64,000 nt of DNA from Pseudomonadota bacterium (GCA_052035645.1 JBPOHK010000109.1:798-64797); one strand, 5' to 3'; counted from the first letter of the stretch, positions 51,196 to 60,388 are shown. Notes: a model not told the origin generated them from the sequence alone. Numbers and translations: made by a program.

Positions 51196-51932
51196 AACTC
51201 ACCCTTTTCGGACAGGTACTCGTCGAGGAGCCTGCGCTCCTCCTTGCTCAATTCCCGCTGCGCCAGCAGGTCCGGCCGCCGCTGCGCCGTGCGCCCGAGC
51301 GCCTGCTTCAGGCGCCAGCGCGCGATCGCGGCGTGGTTGCCGCCGCTCAACACTTCCGGCACGTCGCGCCCGCCCCAGGACTCGGGCCGCGTGTAGTGCG
51401 GCCAGTCGAGCAGCCCGTTCGCGAACGACTCCTGCTGCGCCGACTCGGCGTCCCCGAGCGTCCCGGGAAGCAGCCGCGCCACCGCATCGATCACCACCAG
51501 CGCCGGCAGTTCGCCGCCGCTCAGCACCGCGTCGCAGACCGACACGGACTCGTCGACGCACGCCTCGACGAACCGCTCGTCCACGCCCTCGTACCGCCCC
51601 GCCACGAGCACCAGCCCGGGCAGCGCGGCGAACCCGGCGACCTTCCGCTGCGTGAGCGGGGCGCCGTCCGCCGCGAGGTATACGCGACGCGCCGCCGGCA
51701 CCCGCCGGTCGGCCTCGTCCATGGCCTGCCGCAGGGGCTCGGCCTTCAGGACCATCCCGGGGCCGCCGCCGTACGGGCGGTCGTCCACGGTCTTGTGCAC
51801 GTCGGTCGCGAACTGCCGCGGATTGACGGTCGAGACCGACAACACGCCGCGCTCCAGCGCCCGGCCGAGCACCCCGAACTGCAGGGCATGCTCGACGAAT
51901 TCGGGGAACAACGTGACGACCACGATCTTCAC
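51192..51932 (-). CDS. trmD: tRNA (guanine37-N1)-methyltransferase
   Basis: GTG 51932 ([12 protein letters not shown]). Contains [22 protein letters not shown] and LSGGELPA. Its stop overlaps the rplS start (ATGA). Confidence 0.93.
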   Translation of the reverse strand: MKIVVVTLFPEFVEHALQFGVLGRALERGVLSVSTVNPRQFATDVHKTVDDRPYGGGPGMVLKAEPLRQAMDEADRRVPAARRVYLAADGAPLTQRKVAGFAALPGLVLVAGRYEGVDERFVEACVDESVSVCDAVLSGGELPALVVIDAVARLLPGTLGDAESAQQESFANGLLDWPHYTRPESWGGRDVPEVLSGGNHAAIARWRLKQALGRTAQRRPDLLAQRELSKEERRLLDEYLSEKGEL

Positions 51933-51955
51933 GGCTGTCCCACCTTCGCGACCCG

Positions 51956-52477
51956 TCAATCGTCCGGGTGCCAGTCCAGCGTCACCCGGCCCTGCCCGAG
52001 GTCCACCGCGACGAGTCGCTCGCGGACCAGCGGCACCAGCCGCTCGCGCTCGCCCACGAGGACGAGCACCGGATGCGCCGGGTACTCGACCACGTCGCCG
52101 ACCCGGCCGAGCGGCTGCCCCTCCCGGTTCGTCGCCTCGAGCCCGATCAGGTCGTGCCAGTAGTACGACCCCGGCCCGGCCTCCGGCAGCTCGGCGCGGT
52201 CGACCCGCACCTCGGCGCCCGTCAGGCCCTGCGCGGCTTCCCGCGACTCCAGGCCCTCGAGCCGGACCGCAACCGCGCTCCCGGCGCGCTTCGCCTCCAG
52301 CACCTTCATGCGCCGGACCTCGGTCCCGCGCACGACGTCCCACTCCGGATACTTCGCGATGCCCTCGGGCGGATCGGTGTACGAGTGGACCTTCACCCAG
52401 CCCTGCACTCCGTGCGGGGCACCGACCTTGCCGAGCACCACCGGCCTCCGGCCAGCCTCACCGGTGCGCGCAGTCAT
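51956..52477 (-). CDS. rimM: ribosome maturation factor RimM
   Basis: 173 aa with VVLGKVGAPHGVQGWVKV, YYWHDLIG and a PRC barrel. Confidence 0.92.
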   Translation of the reverse strand: MTARTGEAGRRPVVLGKVGAPHGVQGWVKVHSYTDPPEGIAKYPEWDVVRGTEVRRMKVLEAKRAGSAVAVRLEGLESREAAQGLTGAEVRVDRAELPEAGPGSYYWHDLIGLEATNREGQPLGRVGDVVEYPAHPVLVLVGERERLVPLVRERLVAVDLGQGRVTLDWHPDD

Positions 52478-52495
52478 TGCGCGACCCGGGCAGGA

Positions 52496-52756
52496 TCAGG
52501 CCGCGACGGCGGCCGGGTGGCTCTTGCGATAGCTCTTGATGAGCTGCTCGACGCGCTCCGACGGCTGGGCGCCCTTCGAGAGCCAGTGGTCCACGCGCAC
52601 GAGATCGAGGCGCAGCTCCTCGCTGCCGCCCCGCGCGACCGGGTTGTAGAACCCGAGCTGCTCGAGCGCCCCGCCGCGACGGCGGCTGTCGGTCACCACC
52701 ACGTGGTAGAAGGGCTCCTTCTTGCCACCGCGGCGCGTCAATCGGATCGTCACCAT
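52496..52756 (-). CDS. rpsP: 30S ribosomal protein S16
   Basis: 86 aa starting [39 protein letters not shown]. Confidence 0.97.
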   Translation of the reverse strand: MVTIRLTRRGGKKEPFYHVVVTDSRRRGGALEQLGFYNPVARGGSEELRLDLVRVDHWLSKGAQPSERVEQLIKSYRKSHPAAVAA

Positions 52757-52805
52757 CTGCCAATGCCTCGCTAGGGGCCGCGGGCGAACCTGCCGCGTCC
52801 GGCCA

Positions 52806-52850
52806 AAAAAGAGCCGCGAACTATACCCAAAAATTCAGGGAAAAGAAACG
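52806..52850 (-). promoter_or_regulatory. AT-rich promoter region of the rpsP operon
   Basis: The only AT-rich island between ffh and rpsP. On the minus strand it reads ...CTTTTCCCTGAATTTTTGGGTATAGT, with the -10-like TATAGT as the complement of 52820-52825. The -35 box is weak. Confidence 0.4.
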
Positions 52851-52861
52851 CTTGTGGGGGC

Positions 52862-54220
52862 TCAGCGCAGCCCCGGGGGCATCCGGCCCGCCATGGAGCG
52901 GAGCATACCCCGGATCCCGCCCTTGCCGGCCATCCCCTTCATCATCTTCTGCATCTGCAGGAAGTTCTTCAGCAGCCGGTTGATCTCCGCCACCTGGGTG
53001 CCCGAACCGGCCGCGATCCGACGCTTGCGGGACCCGTCGATGTTCTTCGGGAACCGCCTCTCCCCGGGCGTCATGGAGCAGATGATCGCGATCTGGCGCC
53101 GGATTTCCTTGTCGTTGCCCTGGGGCAGCTGGCCGGCCCGGGCCTGCAGCTGGGCCGGCAGCTTGTCCATGAAAGCCGACATGCCGCCCATGCTCTCGAG
53201 CTGGCGAAGCTGCCCGAGCAGGTCGTCGAGGTCGAAATCCTTGCCCTTGGCGACCTTGCGGGCCAGTTTCTCGGCCTCCTCCCGGTCGACCTTGCGGGTG
53301 ACTTCCTCGACCAGCGACAGCACGTCGCCCATGCCGAGGATGCGGGCTGCCATGCGCTCGGGCTGGAAGGCTTCCAGGGCGTCGGGCTTCTCGCCCACGC
53401 CGACGAACAGGATGGGCCGGCCGGTCACGTGGCGGACGGACAGCGCGGCGCCGCCGCGGGCATCGCCGTCCGCCTTGGTGAGCACGACGCCGGTGAGGTC
53501 CAGCGCCGCGCCGAACGCCCGCGCGGCGTTGACCGCGTCCTGGCCCGCCATGCTGTCGACGACGAACAGGGTCTCGATGGGCGAGACCGCGGCGCTGAGC
53601 TCGCGCACCTCCTGCATCATCGCCTCGTCGACGTGCAGGCGGCCGGCGGTGTCGACCAGCAGCACGTCGTAGACGCCGCGGCGGGCCGCCTCCAGCGCCT
53701 CGGTCGCGATGCGCACCGGCGACTGCTGCGGATCCGCCGGGGCGACGTCGACCTGCAGCTGCTGGCCGAGGCGCTCGAGCTGGAGCATGGCGGCCGGGCG
53801 GTAGACGTCGGTCGACACCAGCAGGACGCGCTTGCGCTCGCGCTGCTTGAGCCACAGGGCGATCTTCGCCGCGGTGGTCGTCTTGCCGGCGCCCTGCAGG
53901 CCCGCGAGCAGGATCACCGCCGGGGGCTGCGTGCGCAGTTCGAGGCCCCGCGCGCCCTCGCCCATCACGCGCACGAGCTCGTCGTGGATGATCTTCACGA
54001 GGGCCTGGCCCGGGGTCAGGCTCTTGTGGATCTCCTGGCCGACGACGCGCGCCTTGACGCCGTCGATGAAATCCTTGACCACCGGCAGCGCGACGTCGGC
54101 CTCGAGCAGCGCCATGCGTACCTGCCGCAGCGTGTCGCCGACGTTCTCCTCGGTCAGGCGGCCGCGGCCACGCAGGCCGTCGACGACGGCGGCAAGACGG
54201 CTGGAAAGCTTGTCGAACAC
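52862..54220 (-). CDS. ffh: signal recognition particle protein Ffh
   Basis: 452 aa starting MFDKLSSRLAAVVDGLRGRGRLTEENV, with GLQGAGKTTT, DTAGR and a Met-rich M domain. Confidence 0.97.
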   Translation of the reverse strand: MFDKLSSRLAAVVDGLRGRGRLTEENVGDTLRQVRMALLEADVALPVVKDFIDGVKARVVGQEIHKSLTPGQALVKIIHDELVRVMGEGARGLELRTQPPAVILLAGLQGAGKTTTAAKIALWLKQRERKRVLLVSTDVYRPAAMLQLERLGQQLQVDVAPADPQQSPVRIATEALEAARRGVYDVLLVDTAGRLHVDEAMMQEVRELSAAVSPIETLFVVDSMAGQDAVNAARAFGAALDLTGVVLTKADGDARGGAALSVRHVTGRPILFVGVGEKPDALEAFQPERMAARILGMGDVLSLVEEVTRKVDREEAEKLARKVAKGKDFDLDDLLGQLRQLESMGGMSAFMDKLPAQLQARAGQLPQGNDKEIRRQIAIICSMTPGERRFPKNIDGSRKRRIAAGSGTQVAEINRLLKNFLQMQKMMKGMAGKGGIRGMLRSMAGRMPPGLR

Positions 54221-54270
54221 GGGACGACCTCGCGGGACGCGCCGGTCGGGGACCGGCGCCGGGCTGCCGG

Positions 54271-54276
54271 ATTATA
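54271..54276 (-). promoter_or_regulatory. perfect -10 hexamer (TATAAT on the minus strand) upstream of ffh
   Basis: The complement of ATTATA at 54271-54276 lies 50 nt upstream of the ffh ATG (54220). No convincing -35 box. Confidence 0.4.
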
Positions 54277-54317
54277 GAGAAAAGCGCGCCTCCTCAGGCC
54301 GTGCCGGGCGTGGCATC

Positions 54318-55163
54318 ATGCGGGCAACGCCAGTCACCGTGCGGGCCGTGCCCTTGCTGCTGCCACTGATCACCGTCGCCTGCTACCTGTTCGGGGCATT
54401 CGGCCTCGCGTTCGGCGTCTATTACGGCAACTCCCACCACGGACGCGGCAGCCGCCTCGCCGGCGTCGCGATCGCCCTCGTGGGCGCCGTGGTGCACGTG
54501 TTCGCGCTGGCCGACGAGCGCTCGCGCGCGCCCGGGGCGGCGCTGTCGATCGGCGACACCGCCGCCATCGTCGGCCTGCTGATCGCGGTCACCGCCCTGG
54601 TGATGGCGATCCGGCCCCGGCTGCGCGGCATGGCGGCGCTGCTGCTGGTCATCGCGGCGGTGCTCGAGGCGGCCTTCTCCGAGGGCGCGCGCTCCTTCAC
54701 GACCGGCCGCCCGGGCTGGGAACTGGCGTTCCACGTCGCCATGGCGACCACGGCCTTCGCCTTCCTCACGATCGGCATGGTGCTCGCCGTAGCGCAGGTG
54801 ACGGTCGACCGGCGCCTGCGCAGCCGCCAGCCGCTCGGCTGGCTGAAGATCCTGACCCCCATCGAGTCGCTCGAGTCCGGGTGCTTCCACAGCATCCTCG
54901 CCGGCTTCGCCCTGCTGACGCTCGCGCTGGTGACCGGCGCGTTCTTCATCGAGAACCTGTTCGCCCAGCACCTCGTGCACAAGGTCGTGCTGGCGATGAT
55001 CGCCTGGGTGGTGTTCGGCATCCTGCTGCTCGGGCGCTGGCGCTTCGGCTGGCGCGGCCGCAAGGCCATGCACTGGACGCTGGCGGGCTTCGTGCTGCTC
55101 GGCCTGTCCTACTTCGGCAGCAAGCTGATCCTCGAGGACCTCCTCGGCAAGCACTGGGGCTGA
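54318..55163 (+). CDS. ypjD: cytochrome c assembly-family inner-membrane protein (YpjD-like)
   Basis: ATG 54318 lies inside the 53832..55163 track ORF. Eight hydrophobic segments. Divergent from ffh, as in E. coli. Confidence 0.75.
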   Translation: MRATPVTVRAVPLLLPLITVACYLFGAFGLAFGVYYGNSHHGRGSRLAGVAIALVGAVVHVFALADERSRAPGAALSIGDTAAIVGLLIAVTALVMAIRPRLRGMAALLLVIAAVLEAAFSEGARSFTTGRPGWELAFHVAMATTAFAFLTIGMVLAVAQVTVDRRLRSRQPLGWLKILTPIESLESGCFHSILAGFALLTLALVTGAFFIENLFAQHLVHKVVLAMIAWVVFGILLLGRWRFGWRGRKAMHWTLAGFVLLGLSYFGSKLILEDLLGKHWG

Positions 55164-55167
55164 TCAC

Positions 55168-56442
55168 GTGGCCGAGCTGTCCGTCGGCGCCTCGATCTCC
55201 ATCCTCGTCCTGTGCCTCGCGCTCTCGGCGTTCTTCTCGAGCACCGAGACGGCGCTGATGAGCATCAACCGCTATCGCCTGCGCCACCTGGCGCGCGAGG
55301 GCAGCCGCAGCGCGCACGTGGCCGAGCAGCTGCTCGAGCGGCCGGACCGCCTGATCGGCATGATCCTGATCTGCAACAACCTGGTGAACTCCGCGGCGGC
55401 CGCGCTGGTCACCATGATCGCCCTGCAGCTCGGCGGCGAGGGCTATGCCGCCGCCGGCGTGCTGATATTCACCGTGCTGCTGATCATCTTCGGCGAAGTC
55501 GCGCCGAAGACCTTCGGGGCGCTGTACCCGGAGCGCCTCGCCCTGCCCTCGGCACACGTGTATGCGCTGCTGCTGAAGCTGCTGTACCCGATCGTGTGGG
55601 CCACCAACCTGGTCGCCAACGGCGTGCTGCGACTGCTCGGCATCACCCAGGAGAAGGCCAGCCGGACCTCGCTCAGCTCGGAGGAGCTGCGCACGGTGGT
55701 CGCCGAGGCGAGCACCGTCATCCCGCACCGCCACCAGCGCATGCTGATGAGCATCCTCGACCTCGAGAAGGTCAGCGTCGAGGACATCATGATCCCGCGC
55801 AACGAAATCTCCGGCATCAACGTCTCCGACGAGTGGGACGACGTGATGGAGACGCTGCGCCAGAGCCGGCACACGCGCATTCCCTGCTACGACGGCGACC
55901 TCGAGAACCTGGTCGGGATCCTGCACATGAAGAAGGTCGCGCGCCTGCTCGCGCGCGGCGAGCTCACCCGCGAGCGGCTGGTCGCCATGGCGAAGGAGCG
56001 CGAACCCTACTTCGTGCCCGAAGGCACCTCGCTCAACACCCAGTTGCTGCAGTTCCAGCGCCAGCGGCGGCGCGTCGCCTTCGTGGTCGACGAGTACGGC
56101 GACGTGCAGGGACTGGTCACGCTCGAGGACCTCCTCGAGGAGATCGTCGGCGAGTTCACCTCGGACACGTCCTCGCTGCACAAGGACGTGCACAAGGAAA
56201 AGGGCGACACCTGGGTGGTGAACGCCTCCGCGAGCGTGCGCACCCTCAACCGCAAGATGGGCTGGAACCTGCCGACGACGGGGCCGCGGACGCTGAACGG
56301 CCTGATCCTCGAGTACCTCGAGACGATCCCGGAGACCGGCACGCGCCTGCGCATCGGCGAGTACTCGCTCGAGATCCTGCAGACCGGCGAGAACGCGGTG
56401 CGGACCGTGCGCCTCGCGCGGCTCGCCACTGCCGACGCCTGA
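55168..56442 (+). CDS. DUF21-CBS-CorC/HlyC family transporter (CorB/YfjD-like)
   Basis: 424 aa from GTG 55168. Has an N-terminal DUF21 membrane domain, a CBS pair (VEDIMIPRNEI..., VVDEYGDVQGLVTLEDLLEEIVGEF) and a CorC_HlyC C-terminus. Confidence 0.88.
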   Translation: MAELSVGASISILVLCLALSAFFSSTETALMSINRYRLRHLAREGSRSAHVAEQLLERPDRLIGMILICNNLVNSAAAALVTMIALQLGGEGYAAAGVLIFTVLLIIFGEVAPKTFGALYPERLALPSAHVYALLLKLLYPIVWATNLVANGVLRLLGITQEKASRTSLSSEELRTVVAEASTVIPHRHQRMLMSILDLEKVSVEDIMIPRNEISGINVSDEWDDVMETLRQSRHTRIPCYDGDLENLVGILHMKKVARLLARGELTRERLVAMAKEREPYFVPEGTSLNTQLLQFQRQRRRVAFVVDEYGDVQGLVTLEDLLEEIVGEFTSDTSSLHKDVHKEKGDTWVVNASASVRTLNRKMGWNLPTTGPRTLNGLILEYLETIPETGTRLRIGEYSLEILQTGENAVRTVRLARLATADA

Positions 56443-56451
56443 GCCGGCGGC

Positions 56452-57804
56452 TCAAGAGGCGAGCTGCAGCGCCTCCGGCAGCCGCGCGACCCCCAGCACC
56501 TCGATGCCCTCGAGCGCGCGCCGCGGCACGTTCGCCTCGGGCACCAGCGCGCGACGGAATCCCTGCTTCGCGGCCTCGCGCAGCCGCTCCTCGCCGTAGG
56601 GCACGGGCCGGATCTCGCCGGTGAGCCCGAGTTCGCCGAACACGACCGTGTCGGCCGCGAGCGGCTTGTCGCGCAGGCTCGAGTACGCGGCGAGCACCGC
56701 CGGCAGGTCGGCGGCCGTCTCGCCGATGCGCACGCCGCCGGCGACGTTGACGAACACGTCGCAGCCGGAGGTGGCGATGCCGCCGTGCCGGTGCAGGACG
56801 GCGAGCAGCAGCGCCAGCCGGCCCGACTCGAACCCCACCGCGACCCGGCGCGGGTTCATCGCCTGGGTCGCATCCACCAGCGCCTGCACCTCCACGAGCA
56901 GCGGCCGGCTGCCCTCGCGCACGACCGTCACGACGCTGCCGGCGACCGGCTGCGGGTGGCGCGAGAGGAAGATCGCGGACGGATTGCGCACCTCGCGCAG
57001 CCCCTGCTCGACCATCGCGAACACACCGAGCTCGTTGGCCGCGCCGAAGCGGTTCTTCACCGCACGCACGACCCGGTAGCGGCTGCCCGGGTCGCTCTCG
57101 AAGTACAGCACGGTGTCGACCACGTGCTCGAGGATGCGCGGCCCGGCGAGCGTGCCCTCCTTGGTCACGTGGCCGATGAGCAGCACCGTCACCTGGTGGC
57201 TCTTGGCGTAGCGCACGAGCTGCGCCGCCGACTCGCGCACCTGCACGGCCGAGCCGGCCGAGGACTCGCTCAGCTCGGTCTGCACGGTCTGGATGGAGTC
57301 GACCACCAGCACCTGCGCCTGGCAGCGGGTGGCCTCCTCGAGGATGGCCTCCACGCGCGTCTCGGCGGCGAGCCGCAACGACGCCGCCTCGAGCCCGAGC
57401 CGCTTCGCGCGCAGCGCCACCTGCCGCACGGACTCCTCGCCGGACACGTACAGCACGGGCCGCTCGCGGCTGAGCGCGTCGGCCGCCTGCAGCAGCAGCG
57501 TGGACTTGCCGATCCCGGGGTCGCCGCCGAGCAGCACGACCGAGCCTGCCACGAGCCCGCCGCCGAGGACCCGGTCCAGCTCGCCAATGCCGGTCAGGGC
57601 CCTGTGGTCCGGCTCCTCTGTGACCTGTGTCACGGTTTTGCTGGTGGAGGCGGCGCCGGACGCGCCGCGGCGGGGCCCGCTGGCCGACACTGCGACGGCG
57701 AGTTCCAGCGTGTTCCAGGCCTGGCAGGCGGGGCATTGGCCCTGCCACTGCGGGGCGTGCGCGCCGCAGGAGCCGCACACGTAACTCGTCTTGGGTCGGG
57801 CCAT
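56452..57804 (-). CDS. radA: DNA repair protein RadA
   Basis: ATG 57804 (MARPKTSYVCGSCGAHAPQWQGQCPACQAWNT, zinc finger). Contains the Walker A GDPGIGKST, KNRFGA and a Lon-like C-terminal domain. Confidence 0.93.
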   Translation of the reverse strand: MARPKTSYVCGSCGAHAPQWQGQCPACQAWNTLELAVAVSASGPRRGASGAASTSKTVTQVTEEPDHRALTGIGELDRVLGGGLVAGSVVLLGGDPGIGKSTLLLQAADALSRERPVLYVSGEESVRQVALRAKRLGLEAASLRLAAETRVEAILEEATRCQAQVLVVDSIQTVQTELSESSAGSAVQVRESAAQLVRYAKSHQVTVLLIGHVTKEGTLAGPRILEHVVDTVLYFESDPGSRYRVVRAVKNRFGAANELGVFAMVEQGLREVRNPSAIFLSRHPQPVAGSVVTVVREGSRPLLVEVQALVDATQAMNPRRVAVGFESGRLALLLAVLHRHGGIATSGCDVFVNVAGGVRIGETAADLPAVLAAYSSLRDKPLAADTVVFGELGLTGEIRPVPYGEERLREAAKQGFRRALVPEANVPRRALEGIEVLGVARLPEALQLAS

Positions 57805-58015
57805 CGCGGCCATCCTGGGTGGGGCGGGGCGGAAGCCGGCGGATGCTAGCACGGCCTGCGCCCACCGATGGACTGTGACGGACACGACACAGGCGGGGCG
57901 CCGCTCAACCTATACTTTCGCGCGTACCATGCGTCCCGGCTTCGAAAACACCGTCATGCTCGACACCTCCGGCGGCCGTCGCGAACGGCCCGCGCCGCCG
58001 AAGGCCACGTCCCAG

Positions 58016-58843
58016 ATGAAGCTGGGCCGCTACCAGATCCACGGCGAGATCGGCAAGGGCGCGATGGGCGTCGTCTACCGCGCGCGCGACCCGATGATCA
58101 ACCGCGAGGTCGCGCTCAAGGCGATCCCGCTCGCTGACGAATTCGAGGGCGCCGAGCTCGAGGACGCCCGCAGCAAGTTCTTCCGCGAGGCCGAGATGGC
58201 CGGACGGCTCTCGCATCCGCACATCGTCACGATCTACGACGCGGGCGAGGACCACGGCGTGGCCTACATCGCCATGGAACTGCTGCGCGGGCACCACCTG
58301 GTCGAGCACACGACCGAGGACAAGCTGCTGCCCCCGGCGATCGCCATCGAGCTGATGGCGCGGATCGCCGACGCGCTGCACTACGCCCACCAGAACCAGG
58401 TCGTGCACCGCGACATCAAGCCGGCGAACATCATGTTCGACGCGCCGAGCGGCGAGCTGAAGATCACCGACTTCGGCATCGCGCGGCTCACGGACTCGAA
58501 CCGCACGCGCACGGGCGTGGTGCTCGGCACGCCGTCGTTCATGTCGCCCGAGCAGCTGCAGGGACGCGTGGTGACCGGCAGCTCCGACCTGTTCTCGCTC
58601 GCCGTCACGCTGTACCAGCTGCTGACGGCGCAACTGCCGTTCCGCGCCGACTCGATGCCGGGCCTGATGCTGAAGATCGCCCAGGAGCCGCACGTCCCCG
58701 CCCGCCTGGTGAACCCGGCGCTGCCGGCGGGGGTGGACGCATTCCTCGATCGCGCCCTGGCCAAGCAGCCCGCGGACCGCTACCCGAGCGGCGCCGCCTT
58801 CGCGCTCGCGCTGCGCGCGCTCAACTCGCCCGGGCGGTCCTGA
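58016..58843 (+). CDS. Hanks-type Ser/Thr protein kinase, catalytic domain only
   Basis: MKLGRYQIHGEIGKGAMGVVYRARD (Gly loop), VALKAI, HRDIKPANIM, DFGIAR and SPEQ. There is no TM or sensor domain. Alternative upstream starts are ATG 57929 and ATG 57956. Confidence 0.88.
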   Translation: MKLGRYQIHGEIGKGAMGVVYRARDPMINREVALKAIPLADEFEGAELEDARSKFFREAEMAGRLSHPHIVTIYDAGEDHGVAYIAMELLRGHHLVEHTTEDKLLPPAIAIELMARIADALHYAHQNQVVHRDIKPANIMFDAPSGELKITDFGIARLTDSNRTRTGVVLGTPSFMSPEQLQGRVVTGSSDLFSLAVTLYQLLTAQLPFRADSMPGLMLKIAQEPHVPARLVNPALPAGVDAFLDRALAKQPADRYPSGAAFALALRALNSPGRS

Positions 58844-58846
58844 GCC

Positions 58847-59671
58847 ATGCGCCACAAGGGCAAGTTCCGGTGCGTGGGCGTGACCGACACGGGCCGCGTG
58901 CGCGAGCACAACGAAGACACCTTCGGCACCGACGCCGACATCGGCCTGGTCGCCCTCGCCGACGGCATGGGCGGCTACAAGGCGGGCGAAGTGGCGAGCG
59001 GGATCACGGTCCGCACCGTCATGAGCCTGGTCAAGGAGGCCGTGGACCGCGAGGACCTCAGCCTGAAGGACGAGACCACCGGCCTGACCCGGCCGGGGAT
59101 CCTGCTGCGCGACGCCATCCAGCGCGCCAACAAGATCATCCACCACACCGCCCGGACGCAGCCGAACTGCGAGGGCATGGGCACGACCGTGGTGGCCGGC
59201 CTGTTCTTCGACGACCGCCTGACCGTGGCGCACGTGGGCGACTCGCGCCTGTACCGCATGCGGGACGGGCGGCTCGAGCGGGTGACCCAGGACCACTCGC
59301 TGCTCCAGGAACTCGTGGCCCGGGGCTTCTACACGCCCGAGGAGGCCGCGCGGGCCTCGGCCAAGAACTACGTGACCCGGGCCCTCGGGGTGGAACCGAC
59401 CGTGGAGGTCGAGATCACCGAGGTCCCCGTCCTGAAGGACGACCTCTACCTGCTCTGCTCGGACGGCCTGTCCGACATGGTCGAGGACGACGATATTCAG
59501 TTAACGATCAGTACCTTTGGTGCTAACCTTGAGACGCTTGCTAAGCAGTTGGTGATGCTCAGCAACGACAACGGCGGACGGGACAACATCTCGATCGTGC
59601 TGGTGAGGGTGCTCGAGCAGTTCCCCGCCCAGCGCCGGGTGCTCGACCGCCTTCTGGGGATGTTCGCGTAA
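58847..59671 (+). CDS. PP2C-family Ser/Thr protein phosphatase
   Basis: 274 aa with TDTGRVREHNED, ALADGMGG, VAHVGDSRLY, LLCSDGLSD and GGRDNIS. Starts 3 nt after the kinase stop. Confidence 0.9.
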   Translation: MRHKGKFRCVGVTDTGRVREHNEDTFGTDADIGLVALADGMGGYKAGEVASGITVRTVMSLVKEAVDREDLSLKDETTGLTRPGILLRDAIQRANKIIHHTARTQPNCEGMGTTVVAGLFFDDRLTVAHVGDSRLYRMRDGRLERVTQDHSLLQELVARGFYTPEEAARASAKNYVTRALGVEPTVEVEITEVPVLKDDLYLLCSDGLSDMVEDDDIQLTISTFGANLETLAKQLVMLSNDNGGRDNISIVLVRVLEQFPAQRRVLDRLLGMFA

Positions 59672-59686
59672 GGGAGCGCGTAAACC

Positions 59687-60388
59687 ATGGCCAGGCTCGT
59701 ACTCAGTCTCGATGGGCAGGTGCTCGCCGAGTACAACATGACCAAGGAGCGCTACACGGTGGGGCGCCTCCCGGACAACGACATCCGGATCGACAACCCG
59801 GCCGTCAGCGGCCACCACGCGCTGATCATCAACATCCTCAACGACTCCTTCCTCGAGGACCTGAACAGCACCAACGGCACCTACGTCAACGGCAAGATCA
59901 TCAAGAAGCACGCGCTGCAGGACGACGACGTCATCACGGTCGGCCACCACACGCTGCGCTTCGTCGACAGCGAGGGCGACGAGCCCGCCGACGAGTTCCA
60001 GAAGACCATGGTGATCAGCCCGCGCGACGCCGCGCGCATGGCCGTGCCGCCCCCGCCGCCGCCGCCCCCGCCGGGCCATGTGATGACCGCGGGCGGCGCC
60101 TTCGCCAACGGCGCGCTGCCGAAGGCCAAGCTGCAGGTGCTCTCCGGCCAGTTCGCCGGCCGCGAGCTCGAACTCGTCAAGACGCTGACCACGCTGGGCC
60201 GCCCTGGCGTGCAGGTCGCGGCGATCACGCGCCGTGCCGACGGTTTCTACATCGTGCACGTCGAGAGCGGCCGCGAAGGCGACTACCCGCTGGTGAACGG
60301 CGCCCCGATCGGGCCGCAGGCCTGCAAGCTCCACGACAACGACGTGGTGCAGCTCGCCGGCGTGAAGATGGGGTTCTTCGTCAGCTAG
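59687..60388 (+). CDS. FHA-domain protein: N-terminal FHA, Pro9 linker, C-terminal degenerate FHA-like domain
   Basis: 233 aa. The canonical FHA is YTVGRLPDNDIRIDNPAVSGHHALI...DLNSTNGTYVNGKII...DDVITVGHHTLRF. The C-terminal half (TLGRPGVQVAAI...YPLVNGAPI...NDVVQLAGVKMGFF) keeps the FHA spacing but lacks the Ser/His/Asn triad. Confidence 0.85.
   Translation: MARLVLSLDGQVLAEYNMTKERYTVGRLPDNDIRIDNPAVSGHHALIINILNDSFLEDLNSTNGTYVNGKIIKKHALQDDDVITVGHHTLRFVDSEGDEPADEFQKTMVISPRDAARMAVPPPPPPPPPGHVMTAGGAFANGALPKAKLQVLSGQFAGRELELVKTLTTLGRPGVQVAAITRRADGFYIVHVESGREGDYPLVNGAPIGPQACKLHDNDVVQLAGVKMGFFVS

Noticed and set aside
57805-60388. Kinase/PP2C/FHA triad as part of a type VI secretion locus
   Set aside because: No TssA-M, Hcp, VgrG or ClpV genes occur anywhere in the window. 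The flanking genes are radA and alr-dnaB.
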